Origin: Armatimonadota bacterium
Lineage (GTDB): Bacteria; Armatimonadota; SYMT01
Direction: 5' to 3'
Assembly: GCA_041690135.1 (NCBI GenBank)
Contig: JAWLHY010000003.1
Coordinates: 384,001-448,000 of the forward strand
Length of the DNA stretch: 64,000 bases
The notes under the pieces are model-generated. The model saw only the letters and a program-made list of their open reading frames with translations. It was not told the DNA's origin and searched no databases. The translations under genes were made by a program, and so were the position numbers. Shown in pieces: positions 28,974 to 38,417 of the stretch (the stretch's first letter is position 1; each line of letters opens with the position of its first letter).

Positions 28974-29714
28974 ATGCGTTGCCGATCTTTACTCGCCACG
29001 GTGGTCGTGCTGCTCCTTTCTCTCGCCGGCCTCCCGTTCGCCTCGGCTGGCGACCCGTCCCCGCCCGTCGCTCTCGGCAAGATCCAGCCGCCGGGAGGCG
29101 TGCCGTTGTTTGCCGGGCGACCCGGAATGAAGATTCCGGTGGAAGGCCTGAACCAGGCCCGCCTCCGCCTGGAGTCGGCTCCGGAGGCGGAACTCACAAA
29201 ATGGGTCGGCGAGTTGGAGCGGATCGCGGGCCAGAAGGTGGAGAACGAGTTGGAAGAGGCCGGATGCCGCACCTACTTCGTGATCCGGATGAGCGTGGCA
29301 TTCGACGGTCTTCAGTGGAACGCGCGGAAGGCGGAGAGTCTGTTCCAACGCGCCCGGACCATGCCGCCGGCAGAAGCCAGGCTCTGGCAGGAAGCGTTCC
29401 AGGCGGTGCTGAAGCGGGAGATCTCCCGCGCCTACATGGTTCCGCTCGTCCTTCTTCCGGTGGAGGCGCTGCACGTGGGACCGCGGTTCAACACCGAGCG
29501 GAGCCACCGGTACCTGGCCCGGTTGAAGCAGTTGACGGCGGAGGACCTGGCGCTCTGGCAAAGCCGGGTGGACCGGTTCGGGGGGACGGACCTGGACGCC
29601 GCCGTGAACATCGTTCTGCTGGAGGAGTTCTTCACCCAGGAGAAATTCCAGCGGGATCGGTTCCGGGCGGCCGTCAAAGCGGGGGACCGGGAAATACGCG
29701 GCAGTGGGAGTTGA
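28974..29714 (+). CDS. Secreted hypothetical protein
   Basis: GGAGGT RBS; signal peptide MRCRSLLATVVVLLLSLAGLPFASA; internally repetitive helical body. Confidence 0.75.
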   Translation: MRCRSLLATVVVLLLSLAGLPFASAGDPSPPVALGKIQPPGGVPLFAGRPGMKIPVEGLNQARLRLESAPEAELTKWVGELERIAGQKVENELEEAGCRTYFVIRMSVAFDGLQWNARKAESLFQRARTMPPAEARLWQEAFQAVLKREISRAYMVPLVLLPVEALHVGPRFNTERSHRYLARLKQLTAEDLALWQSRVDRFGGTDLDAAVNIVLLEEFFTQEKFQRDRFRAAVKAGDREIRGSGS

Positions 29715-29794
29715 TCGCAGGCCGTTAGCAGGCATGCTCACATATAATAAGGGCAGGAGAACTGTCTGCGCATATCCGGATGGCGAGGGAGAGA

Positions 29795-30067
29795 ATGACC
29801 GGGATTCGCCCACGATATAGTAAGGAAGAATTCGCCCAACGCGGTGATGAGATTTTTGAGCGTGACATCTATCCATGCTTGCAGCCGGAAGACACCGGTA
29901 AGTTCGTCGTTATCGACGTTGAAACCGGTGACTACGAGATGGATGCAGAGGAACTCGTCGCTTCCGATCGGCTCCTAGCTCGCCGTCCCGACGCTCAGGT
30001 GTGGCTGCGACGCGTCGGGTCGCGCTACGCGCGTCGATTCGGGCCTCGCCAGCGTACTGCAGTATGA
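29795..30067 (+). CDS. DUF5678-like small protein, partner of the clan AA protease
   Basis: EEFAQRG.EI.E..I...L.PE..GKFVVIDVETGDYE.D...L.A..RL.AR.PDA..W..RVG. Confidence 0.75.
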   Translation: MTGIRPRYSKEEFAQRGDEIFERDIYPCLQPEDTGKFVVIDVETGDYEMDAEELVASDRLLARRPDAQVWLRRVGSRYARRFGPRQRTAV

Positions 30068-30441
30068 TTACCGGGACTGTTAATCCCTTCCGTGAGCCAA
30101 TCATCCGGCTCAAGGTACTTGGACCAGGGGGGCAGGAACAAGAGATCGAGGCTGTGGTCGACACTGGCTTCACTGGATCACTGACGCTCCCCCCTGCAGT
30201 GATCTCCGCACTCAACCTCCCATTTCGCCGGCGCGGCCGCGCACTTCTGGCGGACGGCAGCGAGAGCCTCTTTGATGTTTTCGAGGCTACAGTGGAATGG
30301 GATAGGCAGCCGCGCCGCGTTCCAGTGGACGAGGCGGCTGCGGATCCACTCGTTGGGATGGCTTTGCTATACGGCTTTGAGTTGACGGTCCAAGCCGTGG
30401 ATGGCGGCATAGTAATCATCCAACCTCTGCCGACAACCTGA
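30064..30441 (+). CDS. Clan AA (retropepsin-like) aspartic protease
   Basis: IEAVVDTGFTGSLTLP catalytic DTG, LADGS, PLVGMALL; ATGA overlap with the upstream gene. Confidence 0.88.
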   Translation: MITGTVNPFREPIIRLKVLGPGGQEQEIEAVVDTGFTGSLTLPPAVISALNLPFRRRGRALLADGSESLFDVFEATVEWDRQPRRVPVDEAAADPLVGMALLYGFELTVQAVDGGIVIIQPLPTT

Positions 30442-30645
30442 TTATGCTTTAGTTGACCGAGTGCTGTGGGCTTCCGTTCCACCGTGCACTGACTTCCGAA
30501 TCGATTGAGGGTCCCTTCTGTCTGTACGTTGCCGGGCACCAGAGCATCTGGAGTTTCTCTGCCCGGACGTAGCTTGATCGGAAGTAATGAATGGTCTCAC
30601 CTGATCAGGCAGTGTCCTGGACACTTGACGTTGGAAACCCAGTTT

Positions 30646-31128
30646 ATGAGCGATTCCCTGTACGATGCGGCGGTGTACGGTGACTACGACGGGGTTCGGC
30701 GTATTCTCGCGCAGAACCCCGGAACGGTTCACGAGGTAGATGAGTACGGCTTCACGGCCCTGCATGGGGTGGCCGGCGAGCACCACCCGGAGATGGCCCA
30801 GTTACTCATCGACCACGGCGCCAACGTCAATGCGGCCAACGATGAGGGTGTCACGCCGCTGCACCTTGCGGCCTGGCCCGAAATGGTGGCGGTCCTCCTG
30901 CGCAACGGCGCCGACCTGGAAGCGCGGGACCGGCGTGGGGATACCCCCCTCCTCACCCAGGCGGCGGAACCGGAGAGTGAAGATGTGATGGAGGCGCTCC
31001 TCCAGGCCGGCGCGGATGTAGAGGCGCGCAACGCCGACGGGGAGAGCGCCATGGACCTGGCGCTCGCGCGGGAGGAAGACGAGAAGGTGGACCTACTGGA
31101 GAGCTTTGCAGTCCGGGAGACGGACTGA
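30646..31128 (+). CDS. Ankyrin-repeat protein
   Basis: GFTALH, GANVNAANDEGVTPLHLAA, GADLEARD..G.TPL, GADVEARN..GESAMDLA. Confidence 0.92.
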   Translation: MSDSLYDAAVYGDYDGVRRILAQNPGTVHEVDEYGFTALHGVAGEHHPEMAQLLIDHGANVNAANDEGVTPLHLAAWPEMVAVLLRNGADLEARDRRGDTPLLTQAAEPESEDVMEALLQAGADVEARNADGESAMDLALAREEDEKVDLLESFAVRETD

Positions 31129-31139
31129 TCTCCAAGATC

Positions 31140-32075
31140 TCACCTTTCCGAAAAGGCTTCGCGCAGTAGCTTCAGGCTCTGGGGGATGGCTTTCCGGGGA
31201 TCGTCTTTCCCTTCAAACTCCAGGGAAACGTAGCCGCCGTAGCGGTGCTTGCGCAGCATCGCGGCGATGCGCGGGTAGTCGAGATCCAGGGTGTACCACA
31301 GGCCGCCACCGTAGTAGGTCTTCGCCTGAACCAGAACGGTCTTCGGCGCCAGCTTTTCCAGGCGGTCGTAGGGGTCTTCCAGGAAGTTGCCGGTGTCCAT
31401 TGTCACCTGCAGCCACGGGGAATCGAGTGCTTCCACCACGCGCAGCACCCCCTCCGGCGTGCGGCCGAGACCCCAGTGGTTTTCCAGGCCCAGCAGCACG
31501 CCGCGGCTGGCGGCCACCTCCAGGCACTTGCCCAGGCTATCGATCACCCACTTGAAGCCGTCTTCATCCGTGTAGCCCGGGAGCGGCGGCTCGATGCCCC
31601 GGTTCTTCATCAGCTCGTCGAAATTCTTGCTGGTGCCCCAGGTGCCGGTATTGACCCGGATCGTCGGGATGCCCAGCTGGTAGGCCAGCTCGATGCAGCG
31701 CAGGGTGTGGTCGATGTTGCGCTGCCGGACCTCTGCCTTGGGGGAGAGGAAGCCCTGGTGGGTGGAGAAGCCGCAAACGTCCAGGCCGTTCACGAAAGCC
31801 CGCCGCTTCAGTCGCTGGAGATAGCCGTTGTCCTCGGAGGCCATCTGCCGGTGCAGGATCTCCACGCCGTCGAACCCCATCTCCGCCGCCAGGTCGAAGC
31901 AGGTCTCGATGTCGCGCAGGTCGGCGTGGCGGAACTGCCAGAAGGAGTAGGTGGAGACGGCGATGCGGTTGCCGGGGCGCTTTTTCATTTCTGCTCCCCG
32001 GGCGGCCCCAGGGGTGACTCCGCCCAGGCCAGCGAGGCCGGCGGCAAGCAGTTGGCGGCGGGAAACAGGGAACAT
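31140..32075 (-). CDS. Sugar-phosphate isomerase/epimerase (xylose-isomerase-like TIM barrel) with Tat signal
   Basis: SRRQLL signal; GFDGVEI, LGLENHWG, DTGNF, GYVSLEFEG. Confidence 0.9.
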   Translation of the reverse strand: MFPVSRRQLLAAGLAGLGGVTPGAARGAEMKKRPGNRIAVSTYSFWQFRHADLRDIETCFDLAAEMGFDGVEILHRQMASEDNGYLQRLKRRAFVNGLDVCGFSTHQGFLSPKAEVRQRNIDHTLRCIELAYQLGIPTIRVNTGTWGTSKNFDELMKNRGIEPPLPGYTDEDGFKWVIDSLGKCLEVAASRGVLLGLENHWGLGRTPEGVLRVVEALDSPWLQVTMDTGNFLEDPYDRLEKLAPKTVLVQAKTYYGGGLWYTLDLDYPRIAAMLRKHRYGGYVSLEFEGKDDPRKAIPQSLKLLREAFSER

Positions 32076-32529
32076 GACAGGTCTCCGGACGGGGCGGGGT
32101 AGCGATAATTCTGCGCCTTGAGTTGCGGAATTATCGGCCATCCGACTTGCAGAGGTCCACCGGGATCGCCGCGACCCGCCTCCACTTTCTCCGCTCGATC
32201 TCCCGACCCCACACCCCCTGTGCGATCACCTTGCGTTGACCGTCGGAGGGAGCGTGGATCGGGGTGCGGCGGGGTCGGCATGCGAACATGCAGTAGGCCG
32301 GCTCCGACTCTAATGGTGACTACGGTGTTGCACACACTCATCTCGTTCGTGACAGGGCAACCAGAGCCGATGCCCCTACAGTACGGAATTTCCAAACGGG
32401 TGCTGACCGTCGAGTTGACGCCCAAATCCCTACATCCCCACCCTCATGTCACCCTGCCGAGGACCTTCCGTCTCCGCAGGTGAATATGTGCCTGTCCAGC
32501 GTTCCAGAGAGTGAAGGAGAGTAGACCAG

Positions 32530-33672
32530 GTGCTGACCCCTCAAGGTTGCCGGTTACGACAGGAGCGGTTCCTCGCCCGCCTGGAAGAGGCGGAAATCCC
32601 GGGGGCGTTAGTCTCCGCCTCTCGCGACATCTACTACTTCACCGGAGTGCTCCCGGAGCGGCCCTTCTCCTTCCCCAATCTCCTGTTCCTGGGGCCGGGA
32701 CTGCGCTCGTGGCTGGTGACCGGACTCCCAGAGGGCTCGGCCGCGGAGGCCCCGGTCGACGAGGTGGCCCACTACCCGCTCGACACCCTCTATACGTTGA
32801 ACCCGGACCACCACCGGCGCCTGGCGGAGCGGATGCGAGACTTCGCCTCCCGGACACCGGGCCTGGGGCGAGTGGGGTACCAGCGGGAGGCGCTGCCGCA
32901 TTCCCTGGCGGTGGCTTTTTCGCAAGCGGCCGATCCCCGCGATTGGACCGAAGTGGACGAGATCCTGCAGGACCTGCAGCTCCGGAAAGACCCGGACGAG
33001 GTCGCTTGCATCCAGCGAGCGGTGAACGCCACCCTCGCCGGATACACCCGCGCCCAGCAGGTCATTCGTCCCGGCATCACCGAGCTGGAGGTGATGACGG
33101 AGTGCCAGGCCGCGGCGCAGCGGTTCAGCGGACAGGTCCACTTCTACAACGGCGACTTCCAGTGCGGCACGTTCGGCGGTTTCGCGCGTCCTCGTGCGAT
33201 CGAGGCCGGCGAGCTATACATCATTGATTCATGGAGCGACGTCGGCGGGTACTGGTCGGACCTGTCGCGGACCTGGGTAGTCGGAGGGAGCCCGACGGAC
33301 CTGCAACTCTCGATCTACGAACACCTGGCCGGGGTGCTGCGCGCCGTGCCGGAGATGGCGCGGGTGGGGCGTTCCACCACCGAGTTCTGGCACGAGCTGG
33401 ACGCCCGGATCCGGGAGCACCCGGCCATGGCGGACCGCGGCCTGATCCACCACGGCGGTCACGGGAACGGGCTGCGGGTCCACGAAGGGCCGGACCTCAA
33501 CCGGGACCGCGGCGGCGTGTTCGAGGTGGGCAACACCTTCACCTGCGAGCCTGGCTTCTACAGCGACGAGCTCCGGCAGGGCATCCGGATCGAGAACGAC
33601 TTCTACTTCTCGCCGGAGGGAGTGGTCAACCTGTCCGATTACCCGCTGTCGATCATCGTGGACCCGGAGTAG
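32530..33672 (+). CDS. M24 family Xaa-Pro peptidase-like protein
   Basis: IDS...GGYWSDLSRT, HHGGHGNGL.VHE, TCEPG.Y, GIRIEND metal ligands. Confidence 0.9.
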   Translation: MLTPQGCRLRQERFLARLEEAEIPGALVSASRDIYYFTGVLPERPFSFPNLLFLGPGLRSWLVTGLPEGSAAEAPVDEVAHYPLDTLYTLNPDHHRRLAERMRDFASRTPGLGRVGYQREALPHSLAVAFSQAADPRDWTEVDEILQDLQLRKDPDEVACIQRAVNATLAGYTRAQQVIRPGITELEVMTECQAAAQRFSGQVHFYNGDFQCGTFGGFARPRAIEAGELYIIDSWSDVGGYWSDLSRTWVVGGSPTDLQLSIYEHLAGVLRAVPEMARVGRSTTEFWHELDARIREHPAMADRGLIHHGGHGNGLRVHEGPDLNRDRGGVFEVGNTFTCEPGFYSDELRQGIRIENDFYFSPEGVVNLSDYPLSIIVDPE

Positions 33673-33679
33673 ACACTTT

Positions 33680-33712
33680 TTCACCGCCAAGACGCCAAGA
33701 ACGCCAAGAGAA
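33680..33712. repeat. ~9-bp periodic repeat (CGCCAAGA)x3
   Basis: tttcaccgccaagacgccaagaacgccaagagaa. Confidence 0.75.
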
Positions 33713-34039
33713 AAGGGGAACGGGCGTACAACCCGGCGAAGTTAGGGCAGTCCCTTCCACAAAGCGTAGTGTCGCACCCGTCGGCTAACCGAGCAGCGCC
33801 ATCGGGAGGCGCGCGGCGACGCAAGGTGCACGGCAGGATAAGGACCAACGCCCCGGATCCACTTGTGGTCCGTGACGATGGCGCTCAGTGCAATCCAGGT
33901 GCGGAGGCAAGGTCCTGGTCGGGGACGGCGACCACGACCCTACCGTATGCAGTGCGAGTACCATGGTGCAGTACGGGTGCGAGGGCAAGGTTGTGGCTAC
34001 CCCCTTTCTTTTCAATCTTTTTCATCTGTGGACTCTCCC

Positions 34040-34906
34040 TTGAACCTCCCTCTGCAACTCGGCACCCCCGGTGAAACACTGCTGGGGGATGGCGGTATCG
34101 GGACGATGCTGCAGGCGGCGGGGCTGGCCCTGGGGGAGGCGCCGGAGCGGTGGAACCTGGAGCGGCCGCGGGCGGTGGCACGGGTCCACGCGGCGTATGC
34201 GGAGGCGGGGGCGGGCTGGAGCACCACCAATGCTTTCGGCGGCAACCGGGTACGGCTCGCCGCGGCGGGGCTGGAGCACCGGGTGGTTGAGGTGAACGCG
34301 GCGGCCGTGACGGCGGCACGCGCGGGCGCTCCGGAGCTTCCGGTACTGGGCAGCGTGGGACCCACCACCGCCACCGCCGTGGACGAGTGGGAGTGGGCGT
34401 ACCGGGAGCAGGCGGAAGCCCTTGCCGAAGCGGAAGTGGATGGTTTTCTGGTGGAAACCATCGTTTGCCTGGGAGAGGGAGTAATCGCGGTCCGTGCCTG
34501 CGTATCTGTAGGAGTGGGCCCGGTGGTGGCCGCGTTCACGCCCGGCGCGGAGGGCAACCTCCTGGACGGAACGAGCGCGGAAGTAGCCGCCGAGGCCTTT
34601 TTCCGTGCGGGAGCGGCGGCGGTTGGCGTAAACTGTGGCGGAGGGCCGCAAGCCCTCCTGGCGCCCGCTCGCCGGCTGGTGGCTGCGGACCTGGGTCCGG
34701 TGCTCGCCGCGCCGAACGCCGGCCTGCCGCGGCTGCATGCAGGCCGGATGAGCTACGACCTCCGGCCGGACGGGTTTGCAAGCGCCGCGATACAGTTTCA
34801 GGAATTGGGGGTCCGTTTGTTCGCCGGCTGCTGCGGCACCACTCCCGACCACATTCGCTCGGCCGCCCGTGCGCTCAAGAAATCCAGCTCTAAGGAGAAC
34901 TCATAG
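34040..34906 (+). CDS. Stand-alone homocysteine S-methyltransferase domain protein
   Basis: DGGIGTML, TTNAFG.N, GSVGPT, VGVNCG, PNAGLP, GCCGTTPDHI (Zn-binding Cys). Start uncertain. Confidence 0.88.
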   Translation: MNLPLQLGTPGETLLGDGGIGTMLQAAGLALGEAPERWNLERPRAVARVHAAYAEAGAGWSTTNAFGGNRVRLAAAGLEHRVVEVNAAAVTAARAGAPELPVLGSVGPTTATAVDEWEWAYREQAEALAEAEVDGFLVETIVCLGEGVIAVRACVSVGVGPVVAAFTPGAEGNLLDGTSAEVAAEAFFRAGAAAVGVNCGGGPQALLAPARRLVAADLGPVLAAPNAGLPRLHAGRMSYDLRPDGFASAAIQFQELGVRLFAGCCGTTPDHIRSAARALKKSSSKENS

Positions 34907-36058
34907 GTGATTCGCAAATTGACGGCAGGTGTTGCGGTGGTGGCCGCGGCCTCGGTGCTGGCCGGGTGTCCGCCCTCGGGCGGTGGAGCTTCCGGCGGAG
35001 GAAGCGGGTCGGGCCCAATCCTCGTCGGTTACTATGGTGACCTGACCGGTCCCACGGCCACCTTCGGCACTTCGACCCGGGAAGGGGTCGACCTCGCCGT
35101 GGAGGAGATCAACCAGGATCCGCCCCTGGGTCGTCCGCTGGAGATCCGCGCGGAAGACGACCAGGGCAAGTCCGAGCAGGCTGTGTCCGTGGTGACCAAG
35201 CTGGTGGACCAGGACCAGGTGGTGGCAGTGCTGGGGGAAGTCGCCAGCTCCAACAGCCTGGCCGCCGCGCCGGTGTGCCAGCGCGCGAACGTGCCGATGA
35301 TCACCCCGGCCTCCACGAACCCGCAGGTCACGCAGGTGGGCGACTACATCTTCCGGATCTGTTTCATCGACCCTTTCCAGGGCAGCGTGATGGCCAAGTT
35401 CGCCGCGAACAGCCTGAATGCCAAGCGGGCCGCGATCCTCTGGGACGCAAAGAGCGACTACAGCAAGGGGCTGAGGGACTTCTTCAAGCAGACGTTCCCC
35501 GGCCAGATCGTGGCGGAACCCTCCTACTCAGCGGGCGACACGGACTTCAACGCCCAGCTCAACGCCATCAAGCAGGCGAACCCCGACGTGATCTTCGTCC
35601 CCGGCTACTACACGGAAGTCGGCACCATCGCCCGCCAGGCCCGCGACCAGGGCATCAAGGCCCCGCTGATCGGCGGCGACGGCTGGGACTCGCCGAAGTT
35701 GTTCGAGAGCGCCGGCAAAGCGCTGGATGGCTCGTATTTCAGCAACCACTACTCGGCGGAGAGCACGGACCCGCGCGTCCAGGACTTCATCTCCGCCTAT
35801 AAGAAGAAGTACAACGGCAAGGTGCCGGACGCGATGGCCGCTCTCGGCTACGACGCCGCCAAGATCCTGGCTGACTCGCTCAAGCGGGCGGGCGCCACCG
35901 ACGGCCCGAAGCTGCGGGATGCCATCGCCCAGACGAAAGACTTCGCGGGTGTGACCGGCAACATCTCCCTGGATGCCGACCGCAACGCGACCAAGCCCGC
36001 GGTGGTGCTCCAGATCAGCGGCGACCGGTTCAAGTACGTCGAAACGGTCGAGCCGTAG
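34907..36058 (+). CDS. livK: Branched-chain amino-acid-type ABC substrate-binding lipoprotein
   Basis: Lipobox VLAG-C; LTGPTATFG, EDDQG, GEVASS, FRICFIDPFQG, GGDGW, ALGYDA. Confidence 0.93.
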   Translation: MIRKLTAGVAVVAAASVLAGCPPSGGGASGGGSGSGPILVGYYGDLTGPTATFGTSTREGVDLAVEEINQDPPLGRPLEIRAEDDQGKSEQAVSVVTKLVDQDQVVAVLGEVASSNSLAAAPVCQRANVPMITPASTNPQVTQVGDYIFRICFIDPFQGSVMAKFAANSLNAKRAAILWDAKSDYSKGLRDFFKQTFPGQIVAEPSYSAGDTDFNAQLNAIKQANPDVIFVPGYYTEVGTIARQARDQGIKAPLIGGDGWDSPKLFESAGKALDGSYFSNHYSAESTDPRVQDFISAYKKKYNGKVPDAMAALGYDAAKILADSLKRAGATDGPKLRDAIAQTKDFAGVTGNISLDADRNATKPAVVLQISGDRFKYVETVEP

Positions 36059-36061
36059 TCC

Positions 36062-36979
36062 ATGTGGGCGCTTCTCCAGAACTTCATCATCGGGATCCAG
36101 ACGGGGGCGGTGTACGCGCTGATCGCCGTGGGCTACACCATGGTGTACGGCGTACTCCGCCTCATCAACTTCGCCCATGGTGACGTCTACATGGTGGGCG
36201 CCTTCGTGGGGCTTACCCTGGCCGCGCGGATGGGGTTTGCCACCGCCGCCTCCATACCCGGCTTCACCCTGATCTTCTTTTTCACGCTGGCGATCTGCGC
36301 CGTGCTGGGGGTGGCGATCGAGCGGTTCGCCTACCGACCCCTGCGCCGGGCGCCGCGGATCACGGCCCTCATCACCGCGATCGGCGTCTCCCTGCTGCTG
36401 GAAGCGCTGGCCCAGCTCATCTGGGGCGCGGCGCCACAGTATTTCCCCACGATGGAGCTCTTCCGCCTGCAGCCGGTGCGCATCGGGGCGGTGGAACTGA
36501 ACGCCAAGTACTTCCTCATCCTGTTCCTCTCCCTCTTCCTGATGACCGCGCTCTGGTTCATTGTCACCCGCACCCGGGTCGGCAAGGCCATGCGGGCGGT
36601 GTCGCACGATCATGAGGCCGCAGCGCTGATGGGGATCAACGTCAACCGGATCATCAGCGTCACCTTCGCGCTCGGATCGGCGCTCGCCGCCGCGGCGGGC
36701 CTGCTCGTCTCCGCCGTTACCAATGTGAAGATCGACCCCCTGGTCGGCGTGATGCCGGGACTCAAGGCGTTCGTGGCCGCGGTGCTGGGCGGGATCGGCA
36801 ACATCCCCGGCGCACTGGTGGGTGGGCTGGTAATGGGGGTGGCCGAGGCATTCGTCGCGGGAATGGCGGGCGGGAAGTTCTCCACCTGGCGGGATGCCAT
36901 CGCGTTCATCCTGCTGATCCTGATCCTGATCTTCCGCCCGGCGGGCCTGCTGGGCCGGGCCACGGTGGAGAAGGTCTGA
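36062..36979 (+). CDS. livH: Branched-chain amino-acid ABC permease
   Basis: YALIAVGYTMVYGVLRLINFAHGD, GKAMRAVS, GLKAFVAAVLGGIG, RPAGLLG. Confidence 0.95.
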   Translation: MWALLQNFIIGIQTGAVYALIAVGYTMVYGVLRLINFAHGDVYMVGAFVGLTLAARMGFATAASIPGFTLIFFFTLAICAVLGVAIERFAYRPLRRAPRITALITAIGVSLLLEALAQLIWGAAPQYFPTMELFRLQPVRIGAVELNAKYFLILFLSLFLMTALWFIVTRTRVGKAMRAVSHDHEAAALMGINVNRIISVTFALGSALAAAAGLLVSAVTNVKIDPLVGVMPGLKAFVAAVLGGIGNIPGALVGGLVMGVAEAFVAGMAGGKFSTWRDAIAFILLILILIFRPAGLLGRATVEKV

Positions 36980-36980
36980 G

Positions 36981-38069
36981 ATGGACCCGTTCAAGCTCCT
37001 CCGTTCCTGGCCCGCCCGCATCATCCTCCTGCTGGCCATCGCGGCCGGTCTCTACTTCCTCGGCAACTACCTGGGCAACCGGCAGGCCTTCAACCCCTAC
37101 CACTTCCGAATCGTGATGCTCATCGGCATCGCGATCATCCTGGCCGTCAGCCTGAACCTGGTCAACGGCGTTACCGGGCAGTTCTCCATCGGCCACGCCG
37201 GGTTCATGGCGCTGGGGGCGTACACCGGGGCCGCGCTCACGGTATACGGTCAGTACCGCTTCCTACCCCCTCTCGCCGCGGCCTCGCCGCTGGTGCAGCA
37301 GGGCGCGCTGGTGCTCTCCATGTTGTTGGGTGGGCTGGTGGCCGCGGTGGCGGGATTCGTGGTCGGCCTGCCTTCACTGCGGCTGCGAGGCGATTATCTC
37401 GCCATCGTCACGCTGGGGTTCGGGGAGATCATCCGCGTGTCGATCCTCAACATCGACGCCGTGGGAGGACCCGCGGGTTTCAGCGGCTACAGCAACCCGG
37501 AGCACGGGCGCATCGTGATCCCGCAGTTGACCACCTTCTTCTGGGTCTACCTCACGGTGGTGGCGGTCATCCTCTTCTCGCGCAACCTCTTGCGGAGCAC
37601 GCACGGTCTCACCTTCTTCTCCGTGCGCGAGGATGAGATCGCGGCAGAGGCCATGGGGGTAGGGACCGTCCGGATCAAGGTAACCGCGTTCGTGATGAGC
37701 GCCTTCTTCGCGGGCGTCGCCGGGGCGCTCTACGCGCACTACGACACCTACCTGAAGCCGGACAGCTTCAACTTCCTGCGTTCCATCGAGATCGTCACCA
37801 TGGTGGTGCTCGGCGGCATGGGCAGCATCACCGGGGCCGTGGTCGGGGCGGCCATCCTGGCGGCGGCCCCCGAAGTGCTGCGGGTCTGGCTGGGCGAGTT
37901 GTCGCGGCAGAAGGCGATCCCGTCGCAGCTTTCGCCGGACCTGGTGCGCCAGCTGCTCTATTCGCTGTTGCTGATCGTATTGATGCTGACCCGGCCGCAG
38001 GGGCTGTTCGGGGGACGCGAGGTCTCCCTCAAGGGCCTCTTCCAACGACGCGAACGTATACCCCGGTAG
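36981..38069 (+). CDS. livM: Branched-chain amino-acid ABC permease
   Basis: LNLVNG.TGQFSIGHAGF, LRLRGDYLAIVTLGFGEI, REDEIAA..MG, VVLGGMGS. Confidence 0.95.
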   Translation: MDPFKLLRSWPARIILLLAIAAGLYFLGNYLGNRQAFNPYHFRIVMLIGIAIILAVSLNLVNGVTGQFSIGHAGFMALGAYTGAALTVYGQYRFLPPLAAASPLVQQGALVLSMLLGGLVAAVAGFVVGLPSLRLRGDYLAIVTLGFGEIIRVSILNIDAVGGPAGFSGYSNPEHGRIVIPQLTTFFWVYLTVVAVILFSRNLLRSTHGLTFFSVREDEIAAEAMGVGTVRIKVTAFVMSAFFAGVAGALYAHYDTYLKPDSFNFLRSIEIVTMVVLGGMGSITGAVVGAAILAAAPEVLRVWLGELSRQKAIPSQLSPDLVRQLLYSLLLIVLMLTRPQGLFGGREVSLKGLFQRRERIPR

Positions 38070-38098
38070 GTCGTGGGGCTCATACGGTTTGGCAGCGA

Positions 38099-38363
38099 CG
38101 GGATCTGAGTTGCAAGTTGGCAAGTTGAAGGTTGGGAACTTCTGCTGTCGTCAGCGGGTACGTGTTGGCGAAACGGGATCTGAGTTGCAGCCCCCCTCGG
38201 GGGCTAAAGGTTTAAGGCTCGCTTGGGGGCTAAAGGTTGGAACCCCTGGACGCTGGGGTTGGTACGGTCTGGCGGGAGCGGGATAGAAGATGTCAGGTTG
38301 AAAGTTGCAGGGTGAAGGCTCCCGCTTTCCCTTCCCATCTTCTCAATCTGTGAAATCTGTGGC
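38099..38363. repeat. Cluster of 7-bp (AAGGTTG/AAGTTG) and 9-bp (AATCTGTG) periodic repeats
   Basis: gttgcaagttggcaagttgaaggttgg, caggttgaaagttgcagggtgaagg, catcttctcaatctgtgaaatctgtgg; the direct repeat cgggatctgagttgca occurs twice. Confidence 0.75.
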
Positions 38364-38417
38364 TCTACTTCGACTCGCCCTCTGGTGGCGCTGGCTTGGG
38401 AAGCAGGTGGTAAGCTG

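Noticed and set aside
24334-31128. Integron cassette array
   Set aside because: No integrase and no recurring RYYYAAC...GTTRRRY attC-like spacers were seen; some genes overlap directly.
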